Shown: piece after piece, positions 26,430-37,059 of the stretch | Layout of the letters: each line of letters begins with the position of its first letter | How positions within the stretch are numbered: the first letter of the stretch is position 1 | Assembly: GCA_963665295.1 (NCBI GenBank) | Contig: OY762209.1 | Location: forward strand, 2,112,001 to 2,176,000 | Direction of reading: 5' to 3' | DNA from: Syntrophorhabdaceae bacterium | GTDB taxonomy: Bacteria; Desulfobacterota; Syntrophorhabdia; Syntrophorhabdales; Syntrophorhabdaceae | Length of the DNA stretch: 64,000 bases | Notes under the pieces: generated by a model | The model's input: only the letters and a program-made list of their open reading frames with translations | Databases searched by the model: none | Told to the model about the DNA's origin: nothing | Program-made: the position numbers and the translations under genes

Positions 26430-29400
26430 ATGGCAAAGATTCATTGCATAGGGGACAGCCACGTATCTGTTTTTTCGGGTCTCAACGAGGTAGGACAGAA
26501 CTACGACGCACTGCCTTTCTTTAAAACGTACTGGCTTGGGCCGCACACGGCATACCATGCGATGGATATGCGCGACACCATAGACGCGCTGGTCACGGAG
26601 AACGTGAAGCCCGGGGATAGAATCCTCCTCTGTTTCGGTGAGATCGACTGCAGGGTCCACCTCCTGAAACAATCCGAATTAAGGAAAGAGCCTCTGGAAG
26701 ATATCGTCCGGGAATGCGTTGCCCGTTACTTCAAGGTCTTTCTCGCCCTCAAAGGGCAGGGATATGATCTCATTGCGTGGAATGTGCCTCCTCCAAGCGT
26801 CGAGGATATTGAATACTATGAATATTCCACGTATGGGAGCTATCCGGACCGACTCAAAGTGACCCGGATGTTCAACAATATGCTCGAGGAGCATTGTGCG
26901 GGAAGCGGCATTCCCTTCATTTCCATTTTCGAGCAACTCCTCGGCCCGGACGGGCTCACGAATCCTCTTCATTTCATGGATGAAATTCACCTCTCCCAGC
27001 GGTCCATGCCTCTTATTATGGAAGCCTTCAAGGCCGGTGGAATAGACCTCGGGTCTTGCGAGGAGATCCCCGACAACGACGGATACGTTCCGTCCGGGGA
27101 GGACGTGGTATCTGTCGCGGAGGATACGGGGACCCGGGCGCCCGACCACCAGATCATCAATGTTGTATACGGGCATCTCGCGGAATCGCAGATGCACGCC
27201 TTCTGCAAGGGCAACGCCTCGGTCGTCTGGTCGGCGGTCCCCCTCAAGGGATGCGACCTCTATGCATACCTCAACGCCTTCAGTTTCATGGGCAAACAGG
27301 ACGGCCTCGACGTGCTCCTCCTCTGGGAGCCCTACGTGGTGCTGCCGGGGCAATGGGATGATCAGGTATGGGCTCAATTCGACCGCATATTCACCCTGTA
27401 TAAGGCCCTTGAGAGAAAGGGACCGAATTTCAGGAGGGTCAGGGCCCCTCGCTCGGGCTGGGTCGTTCCCGTGGACGTTACCGAGGACCGGGAGGAACGG
27501 GAGAGGAAATACCCCCTCAAGGACCGCAGGAACGCCATATGCATGATCAACGGCCACAAGATCTCCGCCATACCGGGCGAGCTTTACTCGAAACGCTTCG
27601 ACGCGGCGAAATGGTTCCATGAAAATTCCGATATCCCCTTTGATATATACGGGACGCCCCCTTTCCCGCTGCCCAATTACATAGGCGCCCTTGACGCGGA
27701 CCGAAAACTGCCCACCATGGCCGGTTACATGTATTCCCTCTGTTTTGAGAACCTTTATCACCCTGCCTACTCATCGGGATACATAACGGAGAAGATACTT
27801 GACTGTCTCGAAACAAGGACGGTGCCCATCTATTTCGGGTGTTCCGACATCGAAAGGTACATACCGAAGGATTGCTTCATAGACTTCAGGGATTTCAAAG
27901 ATTTCAGCGACTTGAATGATTTCCTCGCCAACATGAGCCGGAAGAGGTATAAGAAGTATACCCACAGTATCGATCAGTGGGTAATGGAGGGCAACCTCCG
28001 GCAATATTCGTGGCAGGTCCTCTACGATGAACTGGTGAGCCTCCTCGATGAGACGGCCGGAAGAAAGAGCGCGTCCGTGGAAGAACGGGACGGGAAGGGC
28101 TGGATCTCCGGTATATCACCGGTTCTCAAGGACCGCCAATGGGTTCCTGCGGATGCGTCCGGAGTCTGGTCGTATGAGACCCTTGCCGCCACTATCCCTC
28201 CGGTGGTAGAGGTAATCACGGGTGAAGAGGAAGCAGGGCACGACCTGATGGAACGTCTTGGCGAAGTGAGTCCTGTTCCCGAAGAACGCGCCTTGAAGCT
28301 TCAGAAGATAAAGTCGGCAGATTGTTCCCTGAAGGCAGACTTTCTGAAGAAATTGCATGACGCCTTTGATCTCGACGTGTTCGTGGAAACCGGAACCGAT
28401 CTCGGCAATACAACCGATGAGGCTCAAGCGGTCTTCGATGAGGTTCACGCCATAGAATTGAGCCGGTCCCTTTATGAGAAGGCGGAGGACCGCTTCAAAG
28501 GCAGGACGAAGGTCCATGTCTATCACGGTGATGCCGTTTCACAACTCCCCAATGTCCTCACCCGGGCCCGGGGCAGGAAGGCGCTCCTGTGGCTCGACGC
28601 CCACTACAGCGAAGGGGTGACGGGAGCAGGGGCAAAGAATACGTCTATTATTGAAGAAATTACCCTCATAAAGGACTTAACCGTCAAGAATGAGATGTTT
28701 TTCCTTATCGATGACATAAGATTTTGTCAGGACTACATGGGCGCCACGCCGGAGGACCCGAGCCTCAGTGGCTACCCCACGGTCGCCCGGGTGTGCGATG
28801 CGATCCTTGGCATTGACGATTCATTTCAGTTTGCCGTGATGGGAGACGTTCTCCTTGCCTACCGGAAAAGAGCCGGCTTCCGGGTGTCGCCCGTGCTCCA
28901 CGCCTGCACGGTGTCGAGACTATTTGAAGGCGCCAATTTCCCGGAAGAGCAGGTCTTTAACGCGGAACAGGTGATCAGCGAGGCGGAAGGTATAGAACTG
29001 CGCGCGGTCCAGAGCCTCGTCAAAGACAACCTTGAGTCGGAAAACCTCAAGATTGGAGGCCACTACCGGCTGTGGCACGGCCTCACCCTTTGGGGCCGGA
29101 AACTCTATGACGAGGCATGCCTCGAATTTCTGACCGCCATGCAGACGGGTGTGAGACACTGGCGTCTCTACTGGTACATTGCGCGGAGCGCATTCATGGC
29201 GGACAACCCGGTCCTTGCCCGGAACGCCGCCAATGCAGCGCTGAATGCGGCCCCCGGGTTCAAGGAAGCAAGAAAGCTTCTCGAAGATCTGGATATGGGG
29301 GTCGCGGAATCCCCGGACGCGAAGGGAACGGCTTCCGGAGGCCATCTTGCCTCAGCGCTGTTCTTCCAGAATGAGGGGAGGTTCCCTGAAGCCATAGGCG

Positions 29401-32400
29401 CGATGGAGAAGGTCATTTCTACGGGGGTGGCGGACGCAAATGTGCACTACCAGTATGCCCAGCTTCTTATTGTTACGGGGCAGTACGACAGAAGCGTGGG
29501 GGAACTGAAGAAGGTAGTTGCCCTCAACCCCAGGCACACCTTTGCCCATAACGACCTCGGAGTTATTTACCAGCAGAAGGAGCTCTTCTACGAAGCCATA
29601 GCGGCCTTCGAGAAGTCTGTTTCCAGCGATAACGGCAATTACAATGCCTTGAGAAACCTTCTCAGGCTGTTCCTCATGAGAGACAGGCGCGATGGAGCGA
29701 TGAGGGTCGCCCGCATGCTCATGACGGATCGCCCGTGGGACAAGAAATTGAAGGATGTAGTGAAAGAATTCGATCTTCCTCTCGGCACGAGCGCCACGAC
29801 AGGGGGCGAGTTCGAGAGCATAATCTTTGTGAAGGATGCGGACTCCGGAGAAGAAGGGCTTTTCCGGAAGAAGGCCGGCGCCTATTACGGAAGTATGAAG
29901 GAGATATTCGGACTCGATTCAAGCGAGGGCTCTGTCTATCGATTCGTGCACCCCGTGTGGAAGGAGCAGTTGGACACCCTGGGCGCCCTCATCTCGGACG
30001 GCCTTCCGGATAATTTCCTTTACCACCCCATTTGTCTCGAGATGTTCGTGAGAGCCGGCTGGCAGCCACAGCAGCAGCATGAACTCGAATACCTCGAAGG
30101 CCTCGAGGGGGGATTGAAGGAAAGAATATTCTCCATTCAGGAGACACAGGTGGGGCTTCTTCCCCGGAATGTTCCGGGGCATGACATATCCATAAATACC
30201 CTGGGCATGCTCTGGTATTGCGCCCGCATAGAGGAGACCCTTGCCGGCCGCGTTAATACCGTGGTGGAATTCGGAGGCGGTTTCGGCTCTTTTGCCAGGG
30301 TCTTTACCCTCTTTGCCGATGGCCCTCTTACCTATATAATAATCGACTTACCGGAGATGCTGGCCCTCCAACTCTACTACCTCGGTCTGAGTCTGGGCGC
30401 CGACAAAGTGGTGGCCCATACGGACACGGCTGAAGCCCCTCGCCCGGGGAAGATCAATCTTTATCCCGTATACGGGCTCGAAGAGATGAATATCACATCC
30501 GACCTTTTTGTCTCCACCTTCGCCCTTTCCGAGACACCGGCCTTTACCCAGGACATGGTATGCAAAGGCAAGAAGTTCTTCAATGCCTCCCACATTTACA
30601 TAACGGGTCAGCTTGAAACGGAGCGGCTGGAACTCGGTTGGCAGAGGCCCCAGGATATCGTGCTCTCGGCCCTGCACCAGTACAAACATATGCAACTGGA
30701 CCACTTTCACATCGGCCACAACTATGAACTGAGAGCCCATAACGACCCGGGGGACGCGGTGCGCGTGGCGGGCAGAATATCTCCCGCAGCCCCTCTCCGG
30801 TCGGCTGAGGGAGGTATTCCGGAGAACGGATCGCAAGCCGGGCGGGACACGGTGGCCGTGGTATTCAGCAAGGACCGGGCTATGCAGCTTCACTGCACCC
30901 TGGCTTCGTTGATGCTCCATTGCAGGGACGTTGACGGAATCGATGTGCGCGTGCTCTACACCACCTCCCATCCTATGCACGAGGCGCAATACGAGAAACT
31001 GAAGAAAGATTTTCCCTCAGTGAGGTTTGTAAAGGAGGGGCCCTTCAAGGACGATCTTCTCTCGCTCATATCTGCGTACCGCTACGTACTGTTTCTTGTG
31101 GACGACAATATCTTCGTCAGGGATTTTGAAGTCAAAGATGCAATCGACGCTCTTGACTCGATCGAAGACGCAATCGGATTTTCACTTCGCCTCGGGACGA
31201 ATACCACCTATTGCTACATGCTCAACAGGGCGCAGGCACTTCCGCAGTTTCAAAGCGGGCAGTTTCAGAGAGTGGGAAACCGGTCCATGAAATTCGATTG
31301 GACTACCGCCGAGTGCGATTTCGGATATCCCCTCGAGGTCTCGAGTTCGGTGTACCGCGTCCCGGACCTGCTCGGTGTAATGCAGCTTTACTACAGGAAC
31401 CCGAATACCCTGGAGCTTATGCTGGACAAGAACAAGCACCTGTTCCGGGAGAATAGAAAGTCCCTTCTGTGCTTTGAACGGAGCGTCACGTTCTGCAACC
31501 CCGTAAATATGGTTCAGACCATGTGGATAAACAGGGCCGGCGGCGAGAGCGATTATTCAGCCGGAAAGCTCGCCGACATGTTCGACAAAGGACTGAGGGT
31601 TGATGTAAAGGCTTACTCGGGGTTTGTCCCGAACTCGTGCCACCAGGAAGTTGTCCTGAAGTTTTCGGGAGAAAGAGAGGAACCTGCCCGGCCGGTGGGC
31701 GACAAGGGGCCCCTGGTCTCCATTATGATCATCAGCTATAACGGCATAGACCACATACGGACATGCCTGGAATCGATAAAGAGGAACACCCCTGAGGATC
31801 ACGAAATTGTGGTCGTGGACAATGCGAGGAATGACGGGTCCCTGGACTTCGTAAGGTCGGTGCCCGGGGTCGTGGTTATAGAGAATCCGACGAACATAGG
31901 GTATTCTCCCGCCCGCGCCCAGGCCATGTCCGTGGTAAGGGGCAGATACATCGTCTCTCTCGACGATGATACGGTAGTGTCCCGGGGCTGGGTGACAAGG
32001 TTCATCGAGCATTCGGAAGCGCACCCGGAGTTGGGCATTATCGGACCGAGGTCGAATTACGTTTCCGGGCCGCAGATCGTGACGGAGGCCCGGTATAACA
32101 ACATCGCGGAAATGGAGGAGTTTGCGGAAGCATGGTCCCGGGAGCACGAGGGTCACCTGACGCCGGCAAACAAGCTGATAGGCTTTTGCATGTTCATTCC
32201 CCGGAAGGTACTCGAAAGGATAGGGTGCATAGACTACAATTTCGGGAAACTGTTCGGATTCGACGATGATGATTATTCCCTCCGCGCCCAGGCAGCGGGG
32301 TTCAGGCTGGCGATCGCGGACGACATCTTCATTCATCACACCGGCGGCCCGCAGGGTAAGGGCAACCCGGAATACAACGAGCTCCTGATGGGAGCCTGGG

Positions 32401-33041
32401 AAATGTTTAAGACAAAATGGAGATTGCCGCGCCATCTCAAATATGGCGAGCCCTATAACATTCAGGCGATCATTTCAGAGCCCTTCGATCAGAAGAGGCA
32501 TTACACGCCGCCTCTCGATCCCGCTTCCGTTTTGCGGCTGGTCCGCGGAGAGGAGGGGATGGGGGCAAAGACCGCCGCATGGTACCACGAACTCGCCACG
32601 AAGATGCAGGAGGAAGGCAATACGGACGAGGCCGTGAAGAACCTTGAAATAGTGCTGAAAATGGACCCCTCATATCCGGACGTGAATAATGACCTCGGGG
32701 TCCTCTACTATCAGTTGGGTGAAGCGGAAAAGGCCCTCGGATTTATGGAAAAAGCGGTGGAACTTGACCCCGACAGCGCCGACAGTCTGAGAAACAAGGC
32801 CGATATGTGCCTGGAACTGGGAAAAGTAGAAGAGGCCGTGGAGGCCTACGCAGGGGTACTCGCCATGGAGCCCGAAAATATCGACACCCTTCTCATAGTG
32901 GGCAATCTCAATGCCCAGGCGGACCGGTTCGAGGACGCCATGATGTTTTACCGCAAGGTCCTGGAGATCGAGGGAGAGAACCCGGTGGCGCGACAGAGCA
33001 TTGACCTCATCGAGAGCAGGATGGGGGAACAGAGGGCTTGA
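26430..33041 (+). CDS. 2,203-aa multidomain glycan-modifying protein (SGNH-like, GT10-like, methyltransferase, TPR, sugar O-methyltransferase-like, GT-A-like, GT2, TPR)
   Basis: GDSH..GEIDCR..DEIH; LCFEN..GYITEKI; FVETGT..WLDAH; VEFGGGFG..IIDLPE; FSKDRAMQL..FLVDD; LVSIMIISYN..LDDD; TPRs. Confidence 0.88.
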   Translation: MAKIHCIGDSHVSVFSGLNEVGQNYDALPFFKTYWLGPHTAYHAMDMRDTIDALVTENVKPGDRILLCFGEIDCRVHLLKQSELRKEPLEDIVRECVARYFKVFLALKGQGYDLIAWNVPPPSVEDIEYYEYSTYGSYPDRLKVTRMFNNMLEEHCAGSGIPFISIFEQLLGPDGLTNPLHFMDEIHLSQRSMPLIMEAFKAGGIDLGSCEEIPDNDGYVPSGEDVVSVAEDTGTRAPDHQIINVVYGHLAESQMHAFCKGNASVVWSAVPLKGCDLYAYLNAFSFMGKQDGLDVLLLWEPYVVLPGQWDDQVWAQFDRIFTLYKALERKGPNFRRVRAPRSGWVVPVDVTEDREERERKYPLKDRRNAICMINGHKISAIPGELYSKRFDAAKWFHENSDIPFDIYGTPPFPLPNYIGALDADRKLPTMAGYMYSLCFENLYHPAYSSGYITEKILDCLETRTVPIYFGCSDIERYIPKDCFIDFRDFKDFSDLNDFLANMSRKRYKKYTHSIDQWVMEGNLRQYSWQVLYDELVSLLDETAGRKSASVEERDGKGWISGISPVLKDRQWVPADASGVWSYETLAATIPPVVEVITGEEEAGHDLMERLGEVSPVPEERALKLQKIKSADCSLKADFLKKLHDAFDLDVFVETGTDLGNTTDEAQAVFDEVHAIELSRSLYEKAEDRFKGRTKVHVYHGDAVSQLPNVLTRARGRKALLWLDAHYSEGVTGAGAKNTSIIEEITLIKDLTVKNEMFFLIDDIRFCQDYMGATPEDPSLSGYPTVARVCDAILGIDDSFQFAVMGDVLLAYRKRAGFRVSPVLHACTVSRLFEGANFPEEQVFNAEQVISEAEGIELRAVQSLVKDNLESENLKIGGHYRLWHGLTLWGRKLYDEACLEFLTAMQTGVRHWRLYWYIARSAFMADNPVLARNAANAALNAAPGFKEARKLLEDLDMGVAESPDAKGTASGGHLASALFFQNEGRFPEAIGAMEKVISTGVADANVHYQYAQLLIVTGQYDRSVGELKKVVALNPRHTFAHNDLGVIYQQKELFYEAIAAFEKSVSSDNGNYNALRNLLRLFLMRDRRDGAMRVARMLMTDRPWDKKLKDVVKEFDLPLGTSATTGGEFESIIFVKDADSGEEGLFRKKAGAYYGSMKEIFGLDSSEGSVYRFVHPVWKEQLDTLGALISDGLPDNFLYHPICLEMFVRAGWQPQQQHELEYLEGLEGGLKERIFSIQETQVGLLPRNVPGHDISINTLGMLWYCARIEETLAGRVNTVVEFGGGFGSFARVFTLFADGPLTYIIIDLPEMLALQLYYLGLSLGADKVVAHTDTAEAPRPGKINLYPVYGLEEMNITSDLFVSTFALSETPAFTQDMVCKGKKFFNASHIYITGQLETERLELGWQRPQDIVLSALHQYKHMQLDHFHIGHNYELRAHNDPGDAVRVAGRISPAAPLRSAEGGIPENGSQAGRDTVAVVFSKDRAMQLHCTLASLMLHCRDVDGIDVRVLYTTSHPMHEAQYEKLKKDFPSVRFVKEGPFKDDLLSLISAYRYVLFLVDDNIFVRDFEVKDAIDALDSIEDAIGFSLRLGTNTTYCYMLNRAQALPQFQSGQFQRVGNRSMKFDWTTAECDFGYPLEVSSSVYRVPDLLGVMQLYYRNPNTLELMLDKNKHLFRENRKSLLCFERSVTFCNPVNMVQTMWINRAGGESDYSAGKLADMFDKGLRVDVKAYSGFVPNSCHQEVVLKFSGEREEPARPVGDKGPLVSIMIISYNGIDHIRTCLESIKRNTPEDHEIVVVDNARNDGSLDFVRSVPGVVVIENPTNIGYSPARAQAMSVVRGRYIVSLDDDTVVSRGWVTRFIEHSEAHPELGIIGPRSNYVSGPQIVTEARYNNIAEMEEFAEAWSREHEGHLTPANKLIGFCMFIPRKVLERIGCIDYNFGKLFGFDDDDYSLRAQAAGFRLAIADDIFIHHTGGPQGKGNPEYNELLMGAWEMFKTKWRLPRHLKYGEPYNIQAIISEPFDQKRHYTPPLDPASVLRLVRGEEGMGAKTAAWYHELATKMQEEGNTDEAVKNLEIVLKMDPSYPDVNNDLGVLYYQLGEAEKALGFMEKAVELDPDSADSLRNKADMCLELGKVEEAVEAYAGVLAMEPENIDTLLIVGNLNAQADRFEDAMMFYRKVLEIEGENPVARQSIDLIESRMGEQRA

Positions 33042-33150
33042 CCGGCAGAATCCCGGGAAGATTTGCAAAAAGGAGAGTGTATACGCAGATTTTTCCGGTT
33101 AAAACCTTAATTCCAGCCTCATAGAGGCGACAATTATAGTGAGGGTGGAT

Positions 33151-33474
33151 ATGGAGATTGATGACCTGAAAAAAGCGCACGCTGCCCTGACCGATAGGGC
33201 CCTGCCCGAAGAGGATACGGACAAGTTTATAGAGTGCCTCCTTGAGCGGGGACCCTACAGCATGGACCTCATTAACCACAGGGTCCGGCTCGATGAACAG
33301 GAAGCCGCTGAAATGTTGGAGAAAGAACTGAAGATACTTGAAAAGCTGAAAGAGGAAAGGGCCCGACTGCTCAACGAAATGGACCAGCTTTCGAAGACCC
33401 GCAAGGCAGTGCGGGGCTATTCGCCCGCCTTCCCCTTTCCTTCCATGCCCATCTATTTCGACAGCACCGAGTAA
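33151..33474 (+). CDS. small helical protein, possibly a FliT-like flagellar chaperone
   Basis: Charged helical ORF with RBS and a weak sigma28-like site (TTAATTCC-N11-GGCGACAA, 33107-33133); function inferred from context. Confidence 0.55.
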   Translation: MEIDDLKKAHAALTDRALPEEDTDKFIECLLERGPYSMDLINHRVRLDEQEAAEMLEKELKILEKLKEERARLLNEMDQLSKTRKAVRGYSPAFPFPSMPIYFDSTE

Positions 33475-33481
33475 GGCCTTC

Positions 33482-33508
33482 TTAAGTTTTCAAACGGCTG
33501 CCCGATAA
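33482..33508 (+). promoter_or_regulatory. sigma28 promoter of the REC/HD-GYP/PilZ/motAB operon
   Basis: TTAAGTTT-N11-CCCGATAA. Confidence 0.75.
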
Positions 33509-33642
33509 AAGAATCAGAAGATAATGAATGCCGAAAAGGTACATCTTTTCGCTGGGTGACGATTTGTCCGGACAGCCCGAATGGTTGAGCAAAAGGTTCG
33601 GGCTTGAGTCGGAAGACATGACAGCAGGGGAACTGAAGGATC

Positions 33643-34200
33643 ATGAATAGCAGAGAGGAAATATTTCGCATACTGATAGTAGACGACAACAGGGAATTGC
33701 AGGAAATCCTCGCGGAATACCTGATGGATGAAGGCAATTCGGTACATGGCGCCAACAACGGAAGGGAAGCCCTGGAGATATACGGGAAGAACCCCTTTGA
33801 CCTTATCATTACCGATCTCAACATGCCGGAACTGACCGGGATAGAGTTGATCAAGGAGGTTGCAAAGTACGGAAAGGTAACGGAGTTCATCATCATCACC
33901 GGGTATGCGTCCCTTGACACCGCTATCGAGGCAGTGAAAATAGGGGCCTTCGATTACATAGTGAAGCCGTTCAGGATGGAAGAGCTGAAGGTGGTGGTGA
34001 AGAACGCCAAGGATAAAATCATGCTCAAGAAGATGAATGCGAGGCTTTTTGAGAAGCTTGCCCATTTTCACGAAGAGCTTGAAAAGTACAGGGGGGGCGA
34101 GCGGACGGGAAATCCCGCACCCATGGCCGATACGGAAGGCATCATAGGCGAGATTATCAACCTGGAGAAGATGAGAAAAGGAAGATTTCTGATAGAGTGA
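33643..34200 (+). CDS. response regulator (receiver domain plus coiled-coil tail)
   Basis: ILIVDD, DLNMP, ITGY, DYIVKP. Confidence 0.9.
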   Translation: MNSREEIFRILIVDDNRELQEILAEYLMDEGNSVHGANNGREALEIYGKNPFDLIITDLNMPELTGIELIKEVAKYGKVTEFIIITGYASLDTAIEAVKIGAFDYIVKPFRMEELKVVVKNAKDKIMLKKMNARLFEKLAHFHEELEKYRGGERTGNPAPMADTEGIIGEIINLEKMRKGRFLIE

Positions 34201-34240
34201 AACCTATGCAGGAGACAGCAATGCCCTTAGAGGTTCTCAT

Positions 34241-35704
34241 ATGATAGAAGGATCGAAAGTTCTTCTCGTTGACGACAGTGTGGATGTGATTGAAATCCTG
34301 TCGGATTTTCTCGGGATGAACGGCTGCACGGTGCACAAGGCATCGACAGGAAGAATGGCCACCGAGATACTCAGCAAAGAGGATATCGAGATCGTCATCC
34401 TCGATGTGAAGCTGCCGGATGTGAACGGCATCTCGCTCCTTGACACCATAAAGGTGAGAAATCCCACTATTGCCGTGATCATGATCACAGGCCACCACGA
34501 CCCCAACTTCGTGGTGGAGGCTATGAAGAAAGGCGCCTCCGATTTCCTGATGAAACCTTTTGAGTTCGACAAGCTCATGCTCTCCATGATGAGGGTGCTC
34601 CGCGAGAGGGAACTGCTCATGGAGAAGGAAAGCATCCTCCACAGCGTGGAAGACAAACAGAAGATAGAACTCTTGAACAGGGAATTGCAGAACAAGATAA
34701 AAGAGCTGACCACCATGTACCACATATCGAACAAGTTCAATTCTCTCAACATATTCGACGATGTGTACGAGAAGATGATACATATCATCAGCGAGGTAAT
34801 GGAGGTACGGTCGTGCGGCTACTACATCGTGGACCAGGAGCACAGGGAGTTGATGCTGTACAAAGACAACGGCGTCAACGGCGGGGCTTCGAGCGAAAAG
34901 AGGGTTCTCCTTTCCGATGAATATCTCAGGGGGCCTACCTCATCGAGGAAATTTTTCTTCGTGGGAAGCAAACTCTATGTGCCCCTCCTGATCAAGGGGG
35001 AATGCATAGGCTTCATCATGGTGAACGGCAAGACAAACGGCGCGAGAAAGAACCCCTTTCTTGAAAGCGACATATTCTTTCTCAAACTCATCGCGGAAAA
35101 GGCTTCAACCCAGATTGAAAACAGGATGTTGTATGAGAGCCTCTTCGAGAGCGTCCTTCATACACTCACATCCCTCATCGCCGCAATCAACAAGAGGGAT
35201 TCATACACGGAGGGACACTGCAAACGTGTCACCGAGACGAGTCTCAGGCTGGGACGGGTCATCGGCATAAGCGACTACGAGGAAGATGTGATCAGGGTAG
35301 TGGGGCCCATCCACGACCTCGGCAAGATAGGGGTTCCCGATTCCATACTGCTCAAGCACGGAAAACTGACGGACGAAGAATACCAGATTATGAAGGACCA
35401 TTCCGTGTACGGCGAAGAGATACTGAACAGGTTCGAGATATTGTCGAGCGAGGCGAAGATCATACGGCACCATCATGAAAGGTTCGACGGAAAAGGTTAT
35501 CCCGATACCCTCCCCGGAGAGGAGATACCGAAGTGCGCCAGAATCATATCGGTTACCGACGCTTACGACGCGATGACGAGCAACAGGCCATACAGGAACG
35601 CCCTTGAAAAGGAAGTTGCCCTGGCGGAGATAAAGAAATGCGCGGGCGTGCAGTTCGATCCCGAGGTATCGGAAGCCTTTCGTCAAATGATGAGTGAGGT
35701 ATAG
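34241..35704 (+). CDS. REC-GAF-HD-GYP cyclic dinucleotide phosphodiesterase
   Basis: REC motifs; YTEGH, HDLGKIG, HHERFDGKGYP, DAYDAMTSNRPYR. Confidence 0.93.
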   Translation: MIEGSKVLLVDDSVDVIEILSDFLGMNGCTVHKASTGRMATEILSKEDIEIVILDVKLPDVNGISLLDTIKVRNPTIAVIMITGHHDPNFVVEAMKKGASDFLMKPFEFDKLMLSMMRVLRERELLMEKESILHSVEDKQKIELLNRELQNKIKELTTMYHISNKFNSLNIFDDVYEKMIHIISEVMEVRSCGYYIVDQEHRELMLYKDNGVNGGASSEKRVLLSDEYLRGPTSSRKFFFVGSKLYVPLLIKGECIGFIMVNGKTNGARKNPFLESDIFFLKLIAEKASTQIENRMLYESLFESVLHTLTSLIAAINKRDSYTEGHCKRVTETSLRLGRVIGISDYEEDVIRVVGPIHDLGKIGVPDSILLKHGKLTDEEYQIMKDHSVYGEEILNRFEILSSEAKIIRHHHERFDGKGYPDTLPGEEIPKCARIISVTDAYDAMTSNRPYRNALEKEVALAEIKKCAGVQFDPEVSEAFRQMMSEV

Positions 35705-35710
35705 CGGGTT

Positions 35711-36286
35711 ATGGACGGAGCAGACCAAAGGGAATATTTCAGGATCGAAGACCGCCTCCCCATAGAGTTCAGGTCCGTGGGCCCGGAGGAGTTCGCGAGG
35801 CTTGAAGACATCATAAGGTACAACCCCGCCTGTACCCCCATGGACAAGTCAAGGGAGATGCATTTTCCCGGGTGTGCGGCATCCCAGGAAAAAGACAGGG
35901 ATAGCGGGCTTTACGCTTATCTCAGGGTGCTGGAAAGGAAGCTGGACATGATTCTGGACCTTCTCGGCCCGGGAGAATACGGGGAGCCGTACAAGGCCCT
36001 TTACACCAGTGTAAATATCAGCGGAGCAGGAATCAAATTTGCGTCCCACGAACCCTTGAGCGAGGGGGAGCGTGTGGAACTGAGAGTCGCCCTGCCTCTC
36101 GCCCCCTATTCCAGGATATCGACCCTCTGTGAAGTGGTAAGGGCCGAGCCGCTCGCGGAGAGGGAGGGGAAGGAATGGCTTATTGCCCTCAAGTTCCTTG
36201 TGGTGAACGATTTTGACAGGGATGTCCTGGTCAACTACGTATTTGCCAAAGAGCGTGAGAAACTGAGATCGGGCAAGGGCGGGTAA
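35711..36286 (+). CDS. PilZ-domain c-di-GMP effector
   Basis: QREYFR (RxxxR) and NISGAG (D/NxSxxG). Confidence 0.88.
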   Translation: MDGADQREYFRIEDRLPIEFRSVGPEEFARLEDIIRYNPACTPMDKSREMHFPGCAASQEKDRDSGLYAYLRVLERKLDMILDLLGPGEYGEPYKALYTSVNISGAGIKFASHEPLSEGERVELRVALPLAPYSRISTLCEVVRAEPLAEREGKEWLIALKFLVVNDFDRDVLVNYVFAKEREKLRSGKGG

Positions 36287-36291
36287 GGCAT

Positions 36292-37059
36292 ATGGATCTG
36301 ACCACAGTCTTCGGACTCATTATAGGCATAGGCGCGGTGCTCGTTGCCTTCCTGATGGAGGGAGGGCATATCTCGGCCCTGATCCAGGCTCCGGCCATGA
36401 TCCTTGTCATCTTCGGCACCTTCGGGGCGGCTGCCATCACCACCTCTTTCCCGCAACTCATCAACATACCCAAGCTCCTCAAGGTAATATTCTTCGAAAA
36501 GAAGCTCAACCCCCAGGAACTGATAGAGGTCATCTTTGACCTTGCCCAGAAATCGCGGAAGAACGGGCTTCTGAGCCTTGAAAAGGAACTGACCCACGTG
36601 CAGGACTCCTTTCTCAAGAAGGCGATACAGCTTGCCGTGGATGGTTTCGAGACGAACAAGATCAGGGAGATACTCGAGATCGAGGTGTCCTATATCGAGG
36701 AGAGGCACAAGGTGGGCGCCACGTTCTTTCAGAAGCTGGGAGGCTTCTCGCCTACACTGGGCATCATAGGCACGGTCCTGGGGCTCATTCACGCCCTGTC
36801 GAGGCTCGACAACAGCGCGAACATGGCGGCCTCCATCGCAAGCGCATTTATTGCGACCCTTTGGGGTGTGGCGCTCGCAAACCTGGTATATCTGCCCATC
36901 GCGGATAAACTGAAGGTCAAGCACCAGGACGAGGCCCTTTACCTCGAAATCATCAGCGAAGGGGTCATATCACTGGCTATGGGAGATAACCCGCGGGTCA
37001 TAAAGATGAAGCTTCTCTCTTTTCTCCTGCCCAACAAAAGAAACAGCGGTGACCTGTGA
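36292..37059 (+). CDS. motA: flagellar stator A subunit
   Basis: SRKNGLLSLE, PTLGIIGTVLGLI, ATLWG, GDNPRVI. Confidence 0.93.
   Translation: MDLTTVFGLIIGIGAVLVAFLMEGGHISALIQAPAMILVIFGTFGAAAITTSFPQLINIPKLLKVIFFEKKLNPQELIEVIFDLAQKSRKNGLLSLEKELTHVQDSFLKKAIQLAVDGFETNKIREILEIEVSYIEERHKVGATFFQKLGGFSPTLGIIGTVLGLIHALSRLDNSANMAASIASAFIATLWGVALANLVYLPIADKLKVKHQDEALYLEIISEGVISLAMGDNPRVIKMKLLSFLLPNKRNSGDL

Noticed and set aside
33510..33642. c-di-GMP riboswitch in the motor operon leader
   Set aside because: Hairpins exist, but I could not match the class I or class II consensus by eye; needs an Infernal scan
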